Origin: Octopus bimaculoides
Taxonomy: Eukaryota
DNA length: 64,000 nt
Direction of reading: 5' to 3'
Assembly (NCBI RefSeq): GCF_001194135.2
Contig: NC_068983.1
Span: forward strand, 140,522,850 to 140,586,849
Below are positions 36,692 through 49,885 of this stretch, in pieces (positions within the stretch are counted from its first letter, which is position 1; every line of letters starts with the position of its first letter). Position numbers and translations under genes: made by a program. A model generated the notes under the pieces. That model searched no databases, was not told the DNA's origin, and saw only the letters and a list, made by a program, of their open reading frames with translations.

Positions 36692-37740
36692 ATGGATTCC
36701 ATTGCACAGAAAGAGAGAGGCTTTCAAAAGAGATTGAAATTTGATGCAATTCTGCAAACGGAGGATTACATTCAATACAGTTATTTAAACGAGATCATCG
36801 TACTCTGCTTATATTCAGATCTTTCAGAATCTTCTAATTTTTCTGATGAGGCAAAACAACTGGCACATCATTACTTAAGCAATTTCAAAGGAAAAGATGT
36901 TGGTACTTATTCGAAGACAATCGGTGAAGAGTTCACAAGAAAGGACGTCACAAATTACATTTTAGAACGTGATGGTACCTTAAATCTGGACCAAGACGAA
37001 GAGGTTCTCATTGAGAATAACGAATGTTCATTATTGAATAATATCTTAAAATTGTTCATAGGTGCTCATATGAATAGTGGTTATGGCATTCTAATTCCTT
37101 ATCCCTCATCACCTATTATTCAGGAAGTAGTCGAAATATGTGCGTTTTTGCCTGTTCCCTATTATTTGACAGAAGCAGCAGATCACTGGACAATTAAGGA
37201 GGAAGCACTTGTGAAAGCTCTAGAAAGATCTGATTGCAAAATAAAGTGTATGATTTTGGAGAATCCTGGATATCCAACAGGTCATCTTTATTCAGAAAAA
37301 GAACTGGAGATATTTTTCCGTGTGGCCAAAAATCATGGCATTGTGCTTATAGCAATAGAAAATTTACAAATGGATGTTTATAGGAAAAACAACTTTTTAT
37401 CATCCAGGAAAGCACTCATGCAAATGGGTGAAATTTACAAATCTGTGCAATTAATGTCCTTGTTTTCGTTAGCTAGAAGTCCACAGGGTGACAAAGGTAT
37501 GCAGATAAGTTTCATTGATAGCTTACGAATGGATAAGTTGACCTCAAAATTCGGCACCCTTACCTTTACTTCAGCGGTTTCTATTCATCAAGTCTATTTA
37601 AGTCTTTTTCTAGCTCCAAAATATGTAAGAAAATACCCTTCATTTACAAAATTCGAAAATGAAAGATACAACTTCATAGAACTACTCGGAAATTTAGCTG
37701 AAATTACCGTTGACTTTTTTAACTTACAGCCTTATATGTG
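36692..37740 (+). CDS. Intronless alanine aminotransferase-like protein, copy 3; 3' end lost in assembly gap
   Basis: Open frame from ATG 36692 to the N gap at 37741. Colinear with copy 2 without indels over about 350 codons. Same ENPGYPTG, IAIENLQ and ARSPQGDKG motifs. Confidence 0.85.
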
Positions 37741-38373
37741 NNNNNNNNNNNNNNNNNNNNNNNNNNNNNNNNNNNNNNNNNNNNNNNNNNNNNNNNNNNN
37801 NNNNNNNNNNNNNNNNNNNNNNNNNNNNNNNNNNNNNNNNNNNNNNNNNNNNNNNNNNNNNNNNNNNNNNNNNNNNNNNNNNNNNNNNNNNNNNNNNNNN
37901 NNNNNNNNNNNNNNNNNNNNNNNNNNNNNNNNNNNNNNNNNNNNNNNNNNNNNNNNNNNNNNNNNNNNNNNNNNNNNNNNNNNNNNNNNNNNNNNNNNNN
38001 NNNNNNNNNNNNNNNNNNNNNNNNNNNNNNNNNNNNNNNNNNNNNNNNNNNNNNNNNNNNNNNNNNNNNNNNNNNNNNNNNNNNNNNNNNNNNNNNNNNN
38101 NNNNNNNNNNNNNNNNNNNNNNNNNNNNNNNNNNNNNNNNNNNNNNNNNNNNNNNNNNNNNNNNNNNNNNNNNNNNNNNNNNNNNNNNNNNNNNNNNNNN
38201 NNNNNNNNNNNNNNNNNNNNNNNNNNNNNNNNNNNNNNNNNNNNNNNNNNNNNNNNNNNNNNNNNNNNNNNNNNNNNNNNNNNNNNNNNNNNNNNNNNNN
38301 NNNNNNNNNNNNNNNNNNNNNNNNNNNNNNNNNNNNNNNNNNNNNNNNNNNNNNNNTATATATATATTTATAT

Positions 38374-38422
<49 letters not shown>

Positions 38423-39050
38423 CATGCGCCTATGTACATAAACACATACACCTTTACACAGGCACACACATACTTGATAAAGCATGTTTGAATTCTGCGT
38501 TATAATAAAATGCCTCTACAGTATCTACTTTTTAATTGTTTTCTCATCATTTTATATATATGTACGATTGTGATACCGCATTACGCATACAAGTAGGTAT
38601 ATGGGTATAATCAAATACTTGAACGCAAAGACAGACAGGAGCGAATGTATATGTGTGTATGTATATATACACGTATCTATATTAGATTATGTATGCATCT
38701 CTCTCTCTCTCCCTGTCTCTCTCTCTCTCAATACATGTGTGTGCTTGCGTGTATGTGTGCGCGCGCACGTGTGTGTATGTGTGTGTGCGTGACTGAGAGT
38801 GGACTGACACATAGCTATACAATAAGGAACTGTCAGCTGCTCAGACGAAGCAGTTCACTGTGAGAGGTTGGTAGATAGCGTTCAGCCTTGTGTAATAGTA
38901 ATCGTAGTGCGTCGTGTGAAAACAGTGTTTCCCCCTACTTCGTTAAATTTTTAAATTCAAAACTAGGATATAAAAATGACAGTGAGTTCTTCAAAGCTTC
39001 CGTTGGGTGGGTGTTTTTTTTTACTACGAAACCAAAAAGTTCATTTTAAC

Positions 39051-41030
39051 ATGGAAGATATATTGGTATCCGTGGTGCAATTTCAACAACCACAGCAGCA
39101 ACTACAACTACAACAGCAACAACAACAACAACAACAAAACTAACAGCTGTTAGAATCAATATTGACGAAGTCTGAAAACACTTCAGGTTGCTACTTACCA
39201 TGCAGTGTAGCAAACTCAGTTGAAGAATTTAGCTATAATCCAGAAGAAATTACCTTCTCTGCATATTTTCGCAGATGCGAAGAAATCTTCAAGGAAGAAT
39301 ATAAGAACTGATCTGACGAGAAAATGTACGTCTCCTTTTAAGACAGTTATCCCCTACCGGACACGAAAAGAAAAAATATACATATTCAGCCGAGGAACCA
39401 GGTAAGATTTGTTTCGATGAAACGATTTTTTATCAAATGTTTTCAACGAAAGGAGTTCCCTATTAAATACTCGCTGTCGGTGTTTAAATTTGGTCAAAAA
39501 AGATGATGAATATTTAGTCACCTATGCCGGAAATATTAATAGAGAGTGTGAAAAATTCAAATTATATGAATTAATCCTGGACATGCTTAAATGTCTTAAT
39601 TCTTTTTTTTTTCAAGGGCTTACTGCAAGCAAAGATGCAAATATATATTCCTGGATATTAAGAAAATTAGAGCAAGACCAAAAATTAACTCCACAGGCAG
39701 TAGCAGATGAATGTCAGAGGATGATAAATCTGAGACATAAAGCAGACAAAATTGAAGGAAACTATTGCTCCCATATTCATGCGATAACAGAGAAGAAAAG
39801 GAGAAAAATATGCCGAGACCGAATCAATGTTGTGACCATTTAAAATATGGTCTACATTTTAAAAGTAACCGACAGTTTAATAATATAAAATGCTTCAAGT
39901 GTGCTAAGAGCGGTCACAAATATCACAATCTAAAACAAAATCTAAAAAACGGTTCAACAGAATGAATCACATAAACAGGTTACCTGTTACAAGAAATACC
40001 GACGAGCCTCAAAGGAAATTAGTGCATGTAAAAATCAATAGCACAAACGTCAAGTTAAAATTGGATACAGGTAGTGATATCTTGATTTTTAATACAGATG
40101 CACGGGGGAAAATTGGGAGAACTAGATTAAAAGAATCTTTGAAAATTGCACATTTTAAGGGTGAATTGGTAAGTGACGTTACTTTTCGTGGAAAAATCTT
40201 AAAAGCCCATGTTTTTGTGTTGAGTAATACGACAAATGTATTCGAATGATTTAAGTTATGGAACCTCCCCATAAATATTTTCTGTAAAAATGTGAATGGT
40301 TTTTCTGCCAATACAAATAAGTCGTCTAACGAATTAAAGACAACAAATCAAAAAAATTTTTTTCCTGAAGTTCAGTTTGATGAATTAAGTTTGTGCACCA
40401 AAACAAAGGTGAAGTTTCAAGTAAAGAAAATGCTGTGGTGGTATTTAAACCAAGACGAACGGTACCTTTCACAGCGTTAGAACAGACAATCTTAGAGACT
40501 AGAAAAAAAATTGGAGCTATCCAATAAGTGGAATATAGTCAATGGGCATCACTGACTATGTACTTTAAGAAAAATAAAATAAAATCAGTGTGAGTGTGTA
40601 GATTTTCCACAGGTGTAAACGAACGTCTTAAAATTGCCACTATCTGCTACTTACTTCGGAGGATATTTCCGTGAAATTAAACGGTGGTAAGATATTTGTT
40701 AAAATGAATCTTTCTGACAAATACTTAGAAATTAAAGTAGACGATGAATACTCTAAATACCCAATAATTATTACACATTAAGGACTGTATAAATGCAATA
40801 GGTTACCATTTGGCTTAGAAGATGCACCGGAAATTTTTCAACAGTTTATAGATTCATTGTTAGCGAACTGTGAATTCGCAATTCTATATCTGGATAATAT
40901 ACTCAGAATAAGAGAATCCCGGGAACAACGCGTAGGGCCTATAGAATAGGTATTCGCAAAAATTAGGGATTACGGCTTTACTTTGAGTGAAGAAAAGTGT
41001 TAATTTTCTTACCGAAAATAGAATATTGAG
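39051..41030 (+). mobile_element. Degenerate Ty3/Gypsy LTR retrotransposon internal region (gag, protease, RT)
   Basis: Gln-rich gag start at ATG 39051; CFKCAKSGH zinc-knuckle remnant; LKLDTGSD aspartic protease motif (40064-40072); LPFGLEDAPEIFQQFIDSLL..ILYLDN RT motifs. Many stops. Confidence 0.85.
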
Positions 41031-42563
41031 GACAAATCATTGAGAGAGATGAACGTCGATCAGATCTCCTTCCCACAAATATAGCGACCTTACAAGCATT
41101 TTGGGGACTGGAACATTATTATCAAAATTATATTCCGAATATGCATAAGAACATCGGAAGAGCCGTTTTAACGATGCGTCCTGCCCAACTCTTCGAAACG
41201 CCGGTGTTAAAACGGGGGTAGCTGATGAAAGAAAATGTTCTCTATGTGGCTTGTGTGTTTTCTGTACTCTGGTTATTATTATTTTCTTGTCTACGTTTTG
41301 TTTGCAATGTCCTGTACCCAGATATGCACCTATATATACAGGTAGACGTAGGTATGCACATACCTGTACGTATATATGCATATACTCATTTATTATTTGT
41401 TTTTACATGACCGAACGCCATCGTCACCAATGTTGTAAGTAGTTATTTCAACTTTATATTTTCTGACGCGATTCTATCTCTTCCTCTATCACTTTTTCCC
41501 CCTTCTCCTTCTTCTTCTGTTACTACTACGTATCTCTCTTNNNNNNNNNNNNNNNNNNNNNNNNNNNNNNNNNNNNNNNNNNNNNNNNNNNNNNNNNNNN
41601 NNNNNNNNNNNNNNNNNNNNNNNNNNNNNNNNNNNNNNNNNNNNNNNNNNNNNNNNNNNNNNNNNNNNNNNNNNNNNNNNNNNNNNNNNNNNNNNNNNNN
41701 NNNNNNNNNNNNNNNNNNNNNNNNNNNNNNNNNNNNNNNNNNNNNNNNNNNNNNNNNNNNNNNNNNNNNNNNNNNNNNNNNNNNNNNNNNNNNNNNNNNN
41801 NNNNNNNNNNNNNNNNNNNNNNNNNNNNNNNNNNNNNNNNNNNNNNNNNNNNNNNNNNNNNNNNNNNNNNNNNNNNNNNNNNNNNNNNNNNNNNNNNNNN
41901 NNNNNNNNNNNNNNNNNNNNNNNNNNNNNNNNNNNNNNNNNNNNNNNNNNNNNNNNNNNNNNNNNNNNNNNNNNNNNNNNNNNNNNNNNNNNNNNNNNNN
42001 NNNNNNNNNNNNNNNNNNNNNNNNNNNNNNNNNNNNNNNNNNNNNNNNNNNNNNNNNNNNNNNNNNNNNNNNNNNNNNNNNNNNNNNNNNNNNNNNNNNN
42101 NNNNNNNNNNNNNNNNNNNNNNNNNNNNNNNNNNNNNNNNNNNNNNNNNNNNNNNNNNNNNNNNNNNNNNNNNNNNNNNNNNNNNNNNNNNNNNNNNNNN
42201 NNNNNNNNNNNNNNNNNNNNNNNNNNNNNNNNNNNNNNNNNNNNNNNNNNNNNNNNNNNNNNNNNNNNNNNNNNNNNNNNNNNNNNNNNNNNNNNNNNNN
42301 NNNNNNNNNNNNNNNNNNNNNNNNNNNNNNNNNNNNNNNNNNNNNNNNNNNNNNNNNNNNNNNNNNNNNNNNNNNNNNNNNNNNNNNNNNNNNNNNNNNN
42401 NNNNNNNNNNNNNNNNNNNNNNNNNNNNNNNNNNNNNNNNNNNNNNNNNNNNNNNNNNNNNNNNNNNNNNNNNNNNNNNNNNNNNNNNNNNNNNNNNNNN
42501 NNNNNNNNNNNNNNNNNNNNNNNNNNNNNNNNNNNNNNNNTATATATATATGGATGGATGGAC

Positions 42564-42627
<64 letters not shown>

Positions 42628-42779
42628 GTGCGTATATATGTATGTATTAATTTTTCACCTTGGCATAGTGATAGTTATAAGCTAGTATTAGAGCTCAATA
42701 TACATATGCATCAGAAATAAGTGCTAGTTGATAACAGCGTTACAAAAAATTAAATATATTGCAAGGCATGGCGGTCAGG

Positions 42780-45690
42780 CGATACATGATAACGGAGGTG
42801 AAGTAAGCATCCGCCACCTCTGCCCGACCTTTCAGGAACATCTTCCTCTTAGCCTCATTTCTTGGTAAGACTGGCCACCCTGTTCACCACCACGTCCCCA
42901 TTCTTACAAACCTGGAGGTCGGGGATCAAACCAGACCCCGAATAGCTTAACAGGTCCATCGGTCCAGCGTCTGACGTCGCCGTCTGATGGCATCGTTCTG
43001 CCTCTACAGGAGCTCTACCGCAAACCCACCGATTTGTCGGCGTTGATTTTCACCCCTGCAACCGACAGATATCCCTTTAAGATGGTGCCGACCGTCTCCA
43101 CTTCGGACACCATGAAGGTGAAGTCATCCGAGTATGTCGACATTGCCCTTTCTTGTCCCAGTTCCAAAGGGATACTCCTTAGCTGTTCAAACTTCCGCAG
43201 CATTGGCTCGAGTGCCAATAAGTACAGAAGAGGTAACAGTAGGTAACCCTGACTGACCGAGCTGGACGTTTACTTTGACCACTGAACAGGTGCCGCTGTG
43301 CATTACAGCGATCCAGCCTCTCAAAAAGACTCCAAAACTGCCTGCTTTCAGGACGGCTTCCAAGTAACGATGGTCGACCCTATCGAATGCTTTCGATTGA
43401 TCCAAATTGATCAGGTCACCCCCGAAGCCGTCTTTGGTCCCAGCCCTTTCTATTATGTATTACTTAAGGTGGAGGTTGTCGTGGATAGACCTGCTCGAGA
43501 TTGCGCAGGTTTGTGCTTCTCCGACCAGGCTACCGACAACAAGCCTCAGCCTTTTCGCTAATACCTTGGCCAAACTATTAACCTCTGATTTTAGCAGAAG
43601 TATGGGCCTGAAATTCTCTAATACGTCCCCATTGTCGTCGTCTTTCCTCAGCATTGTTACCACACTTCTGCTAATAGCATTATGAATTCTCCCGTTCTGT
43701 TGCCAGTAGTGGTAGACGTCTGGCAAGATGTTGCCAAACAAACCTGGCATGAATACATAGGACTTGTGCAATCGCTTACCGCCTCCCATATTTCACCGGC
43801 AAGTTGTTCAGCTACGAACTAATGTGCAGTAGTGTCGTCAAACCCATCGCCATCTCCAAACAGCTGCGCGAAGTGCTGCTGAAAAGCCGCAGACATCTGC
43901 TCGGAGCCGTGTAGCATACGCCCATCTCTATCCGTCAAAAGACCTGATCCGTCACGTCTCCACTGTTCGGGCCCATCGGACAGGTTCCTGTTTGACTGCA
44001 CGGGCCTATCTTACCCAACGCAACCTTCGTATTTCGCTTCGTAGAAGTGGTCAAGTGCCATTTTCGCCGCGAACACATCGGTCGCACTGCCCTTTTTAAT
44101 TACCTATTCTAATTTGCTAACTAGTAAACCCTCTAATCTATTCTTTTCTATTGCTAACACTTTGCTAAACGCTATCGATCCTACTCTAATCGCCCTCACC
44201 AAGGCGGCCCACCTCCGGTTGTTGACAATTGCCCCCTTCAACTTCCGCGTAACTAGTTCACTAATCCGGTCCCGGTAGTCTTTGCGTGTCAGAAAGGATG
44301 CATCTAACTTCAAGTGACAGGGCCTCTGTCTACGGGAGTTATCTAACTCGACTGTGCATAGTACAGTCTTGTGGTCTTGTGGACAACTTACACTATCCGT
44401 ATCCTCTGGCCTGACAAATACTTTATTTAAATACGATATCGATGACCAGTTTTAGTTGCTCCATGTTCCCAGTGGCACATCAGGNNNNNNNNNNNNNNNN
44501 NNNNNNNNNNNNNNNNNNNNNNNNNNNNNNNNNNNNNNNNNNNNNNNNNNNNNNNNNNNNNNNNNNNNNNNNNNNNNNNNNNNNNNNNNNNNNNNNNNNN
44601 NNNNNNNNNNNNNNNNNNNNNNNNNNNNNNNNNNNNNNNNNNNNNNNNNNNNNNNNNNNNNNNNNNNNNNNNNNNNNNNNNNNNNNNNNNNNNNNNNNNN
44701 NNNNNNNNNNNNNNNNNNNNNNNNNNNNNNNNNNNNNNNNNNNNNNNNNNNNNNNNNNNNNNNNNNNNNNNNNNNNNNNNNNNNNNNNNNNNNNNNNNNN
44801 NNNNNNNNNNNNNNNNNNNNNNNNNNNNNNNNNNNNNNNNNNNNNNNNNNNNNNNNNNNNNNNNNNNNNNNNNNNNNNNNNNNNNNNNNNNNNNNNNNNN
44901 NNNNNNNNNNNNNNNNNNNNNNNNNNNNNNNNNNNNNNNNNNNNNNNNNNNNNNNNNNNNNNNNNNNNNNNNNNNNNNNNNNNNNNNNNNNNNNNNNNNN
45001 NNNNNNNNNNNNNNNNNNNNNNNNNNNNNNNNNNNNNNNNNNNNNNNNNNNNNNNNNNNNNNNNNNNNNNNNNNNNNNNNNNNNNNNNNNNNNNNNNNNN
45101 NNNNNNNNNNNNNNNNNNNNNNNNNNNNNNNNNNNNNNNNNNNNNNNNNNNNNNNNNNNNNNNNNNNNNNNNNNNNNNNNNNNNNNNNNNNNNNNNNNNN
45201 NNNNNNNNNNNNNNNNNNNNNNNNNNNNNNNNNNNNNNNNNNNNNNNNNNNNNNNNNNNNNNNNNNNNNNNNNNNNNNNNNNNNNNNNNNNNNNNNNNNN
45301 NNNNNNNNNNNTACGATATCGATGACCAGTTTTAGTTGCTCCATGTTCCCAGTGGCACATCAGGAAACTCCAGTCGATATCTATCAGACAATTGAAAGTC
45401 TTTGAGTAGGTTTCCGAGGCTTTTGCATCCCTTTCTGTTTACTAGTTCCACACATCTATTCCGTTCGTCCCAAATCCCATTCCAGCCCTCTACTAGTACT
45501 AAGCTGCGAGACGTTTCCAGGAATGTTTCTAGACGCCTGAAGAATTCTGACCTTTCAGCTCCTGTCGGGGCATCCACAACCACCAGTCTATGGGCACCAC
45601 CTTCGCTACAATTCAAATCTAGGACCACCATCCTACCGCCCGGTTCCAAGAAGATTGCCTTTACCTCGAGATCTAAAGATTTTCGGAATA
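42780..45690 (-). mobile_element. Degenerate L1/Tx1-like LINE ORF2 (APE endonuclease + RT)
   Basis: LVVVDAPTG..LVLVEGWNGIWD (APE), NFRPILLLKSEVNSLAKVLAKRL, QTCAISSRSIHDNLHL, DQSKAFDRVDHRYL, LALEPML, TYSDDFT. Spans a probably spurious gap. Confidence 0.88.
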
Positions 45691-47061
45691 GCACATAATA
45701 ATAATAAAAATAGACAATACAAAAAGCGTGATGCGATTGCAATAGATATTTTATTGGTTCGAACACTATTTCGACAGCTTGCCTGTCTTTGTCGAGTTCA
45801 AAATGAAAAGTATATATAGAAATTCAAAATTATAGAAATTCAAATTCAAACCTTTGAACAAGAGCAACCTACTTTCCCATTTTAACAGAATGACATCATT
45901 AGACTTCAACTTACCATTTTAAAACTGACAAAAGGAAAAAGAAATTAAAATAGAAAGAAAGAAAAAAGAAAACGAAGGATTTGTAATCAAACAGTTTTCT
46001 GTAAATATGATAAAATACCCATATCATTTTATTCATTCCTCCAGGGCGCGATGTTAATAACTCACAAACATATTTCTCCTCTTGCATTTCGAGGACTGAA
46101 CATGTAGCAGATTCAGAATATATTCTGAGAATATGCACTTTCAAGTCTTTTTCAAAATTGCAGCGGGTTGATGTAAAATGTCCGGCAAGTTCTGTCGAAC
46201 TACTGTTATTATGCCTGACGTCAGTAAAAGACTGATCATGCCATCCTGTTAAAGTGAAAACGCAGTTTGCCTTCGTTCAAACGTTTGATTTTGAATTTCT
46301 ATAATTTTAAATTTCTATGTATCGCTTTACATTTTAATCTCGACAAAGATAAGCAAGCTGTCGAAATATTATTCAAACCAATAAAATGCTTATGGCATTC
46401 GCTTGGTGCTCTTCGTATTGTCTGTTTACTATTGTGCGAAGCTACGTCAACCCTTTTAAAATATAAAGTAATAAAAATAACAACAACAGCATTAATAATA
46501 ATCATGATGGAAATGATAATAATAATAATAATAATTAAATGCCCTGATGCAAATGAAATGCAGGTGGTATTCTGCTTTACGCACGCCAGATAACTCCTCA
46601 TAACATTTTTTTACTTTTTAGAATTTTTAGAAATGTTTTACAAGTTTGTATTCTACACAGTGGAATTTATAAGATTAAGGAGAAAATTGGTACGTGATTT
46701 AAGTCATACCTCATGAGGTTTAAGCATTTAATAAGAGAAAAATGACTGCCTGGTTGGACAGGACAGCAAGAGCCGGGTGAGCAGCGTGGTAAGAGCTTGG
46801 CTTGTTATTATGGAAGAAGGCACTTATATTGACTAAAAATACCCCAAATTTGCAAACTTTAAATTCTATCAACTCGTTATTAATTGATTTCTGTCGAAAA
46901 GGAATCTAATGTCAATAGTTACCAAACAAAACTACGTCAATACACCAAATATGGTACCATTTGGAACAAAAGTAAAGAAATTGAAAAGTGGCAACCAAAC
47001 AGAAAAAATCCAATAATAATATTAACAATAATAAGAAGAAAAATCCTTTCTTCTATAGACA

Positions 47062-47250
47062 TAAGGCCTTAAATTTAGTGGGAGGGGATAAATCGAATAC
47101 ATGGACCCCAGTTCAACTCGTACTTATTTTATCGACTCTGAAATAATGAAAGGCAAAAAAAAAAATACCCGACTTCGGTGAGATTTGAACATTAAGATGC
47201 TGGCTGGAAAAGCCTTTAAATATTGTATCCGGCGTGCTAACGACCCCGCC
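47062..47250 (-). mobile_element. tRNA-type SINE, degenerate
   Basis: Reverse complement contains CCTTTCATTATTTCAGAGTCGATAAAATAAGTACGAG and a GGCGGGGTCGTTAGCACGCCGG head. Confidence 0.65.
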
Positions 47251-49804
47251 ATTCCTCACATTATAAACCAAACAAATAATAATAGTAGTGTTATGTTAGA
47301 TGATTGAGAAATATTTGCACGTTACTTAGCATTACTTATGGTGCAACTCTTCGACACCTATTTACAATACCTAGTACTACTTCAACGAGCCAGTCTTCTC
47401 AGATAACAGATTACTCATTACCTTGAACAAAGTCAATAGGATCCTTATTTTGCGCGTCTTTCGATATCATTAGCATATTCTGCCTCCGTTTAAATTATAT
47501 TTCACAACCCTACCTTCCAAAAACTGCAAACTTGAAGAGCTTTTATATGCTCACAGCTACCCACTCCTACAAACAGCAGAAAACTTAGCAAAGTATTCAT
47601 GTTGTTTCATACAGCGTTGTAGAAATGTCGATGTGAATATATTATCATGCATCAACAAGTAGTATTTAGTTCAAGTAAGTGAAAACGGAGACTCTGAACG
47701 CATAATTTGTTACGTTTCAGAACTTAAATATTGTACATCTTTAATAATTTTCTTCACTGAATTTTCGACTGATAAATATGTGCTTACATCAGCCCAAAAT
47801 ATGTAACAACAATGTATATAGGATATATATGTTTTTGACAGAGCTCTGTATTTATATTAAATGCTGTACATACACTAGTATGACTGCAATAGGCAAAAGA
47901 CAAAAGGCAAAATATATATAGGTGTGTGTGTGTTTGTGTGACTGTGTTTAGAAAGCGAGACGTGTATATGTATATATATATATGTATATATGTATATATA
48001 TGCATGTAAGTGTATGTGCATATGTATATGTATATATATCTATATGCTCTTGTTTATCTGTACGTCTGTTAGTCTAGTTTTACCACATATATATGTGCGT
48101 ACGCACACACAGACACGAATACACGCATACACATACATACACATACATACATACACACACACACACATATATATTTCGCTTAGGTATTGCTAGACTAATA
48201 ACACAGTGTAGATAGAACTCAATACACGCAAGTTTCAGATCGAAGTGCTGAGTTTAGGGCGGTTATAAGAAAGAGAAATGACAAAGTATATATATTTTGG
48301 TAGGTGCAAATATGTATGTAAAAATATGTACAAATTCCTTATGCGTGTGAACATATATAGGTGAGTATATGTGTCTGAATATAAGAATATATAGGTATGT
48401 ACTTGTATGTGTATAAATGCATATATATATATATANNNNNNNNNNNNNNNNNNNNNNNNNNNNNNNNNNNNNNNNNNNNNNNNNNNNNNNNNNNNNNNNN
48501 NNNNNNNNNNNNNNNNNNNNNNNNNNNNNNNNNNNNNNNNNNNNNNNNNNNNNNNNNNNNNNNNNNNNNNNNNNNNNNNNNNNNNNNNNNNNNNNNNNNN
48601 NNNNNNNNNNNNNNNNNNNNNNNNNNNNNNNNNNNNNNNNNNNNNNNNNNNNNNNNNNNNNNNNNNNNNNNNNNNNNNNNNNNNNNNNNNNNNNNNNNNN
48701 NNNNNNNNNNNNNNNNNNNNNNNNNNNNNNNNNNNNNNNNNNNNNNNNNNNNNNNNNNNNNNNNNNNNNNNNNNNNNNNNNNNNNNNNNNNNNNNNNNNN
48801 NNNNNNNNNNNNNNNNNNNNNNNNNNNNNNNNNNNNNNNNNNNNNNNNNNNNNNNNNNNNNNNNNNNNNNNNNNNNNNNNNNNNNNNNNNNNNNNNNNNN
48901 NNNNNNNNNNNNNNNNNNNNNNNNNNNNNNNNNATTATAGGGTGGCAAAGAAAATTTTAGAAATTTTATTTACCACCAGTGGCCTATAAAGCTTGAAACA
49001 CGTGTACCGCGGAATCCTTTGTGTTCTGATTTAATATTGCGATTAATTTATTCTTTCACTATCTGGCATATAGAGGTGCTTGCAATTATCAAATATTACC
49101 TCTAAAATTTGCTATATATATATATATATATATATGTTTGTGTGCGTGTGTGTGTACGCGTACGTATGTATATATATTATAATAAAAGGGTAGAATCGAT
49201 AATAATTTTAGTAGGTCGTCAGTATGGAAATAGAAGACTCATAGGTAAATTTCATAAAATATTTTATAATTATATACATAATTATAACAAAGGATCAGCT
49301 TTACGCCTCACCACGCACTGTAAGAAATAGACTATAAACCCGCTTTTTCCACTTTAAAATCTCCGAGAATAACACCGGAGATTTTAAGGTTGTAATAGTG
49401 GCTTTAGCGTCTAATACTTGTAGTGTGTGGTGAAGTGTAAAGCCGATCTCTTGTTATAATTATGCATATAATTATAAAATATATTGTGTGTGAGTGTACA
49501 AGAGAGAGTGGGGGTGAGAGATAGAGTATACAAGAAGTATTCTTCAAGTGACATATTATAATACATACGTACACTGACTGCTCAATTTCTTTTACCACTG
49601 TTACACCGGCTTGACATTAACAGAAAAATGCGCTTTTAAATCTGCTTGTCTAAGACGGTTAGAAATGGTTTATTAATTTTTATATTTCGAATTACATATA
49701 TATCGGTGAACCGAAATCTTTTAAGTGCTAAGGTTCTTTATGGGTTTTAATCCGGTCTTAGTTTATACAAACGACTGAATTCTTTCATCTTCCGTTGATC
49801 AAGT

Positions 49805-49885
49805 CTATACATTAGATTTTGGTCCGTCCGTGTAGTGGAAGGCACTTGCCTATGGTGAAACGCAGTGGGACTGAACCATGCTGTT
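49805..49885 (-). mobile_element. SINE 5' fragment (same type as 1369)
   Basis: Reverse complement GGTTCAGTCCCACTGCG..GGCAAGTGCCTTCCACTA matches 1420-1470. Duplicated after the gap at 50102. Confidence 0.6.

Noticed and set aside
45760-45800. Hairpin plus GAAA in the inverted-repeat arms as a hammerhead
   Set aside because: The core reads CTCGACAAA rather than CUGANGA in both arms, and no stem I pairing was found.
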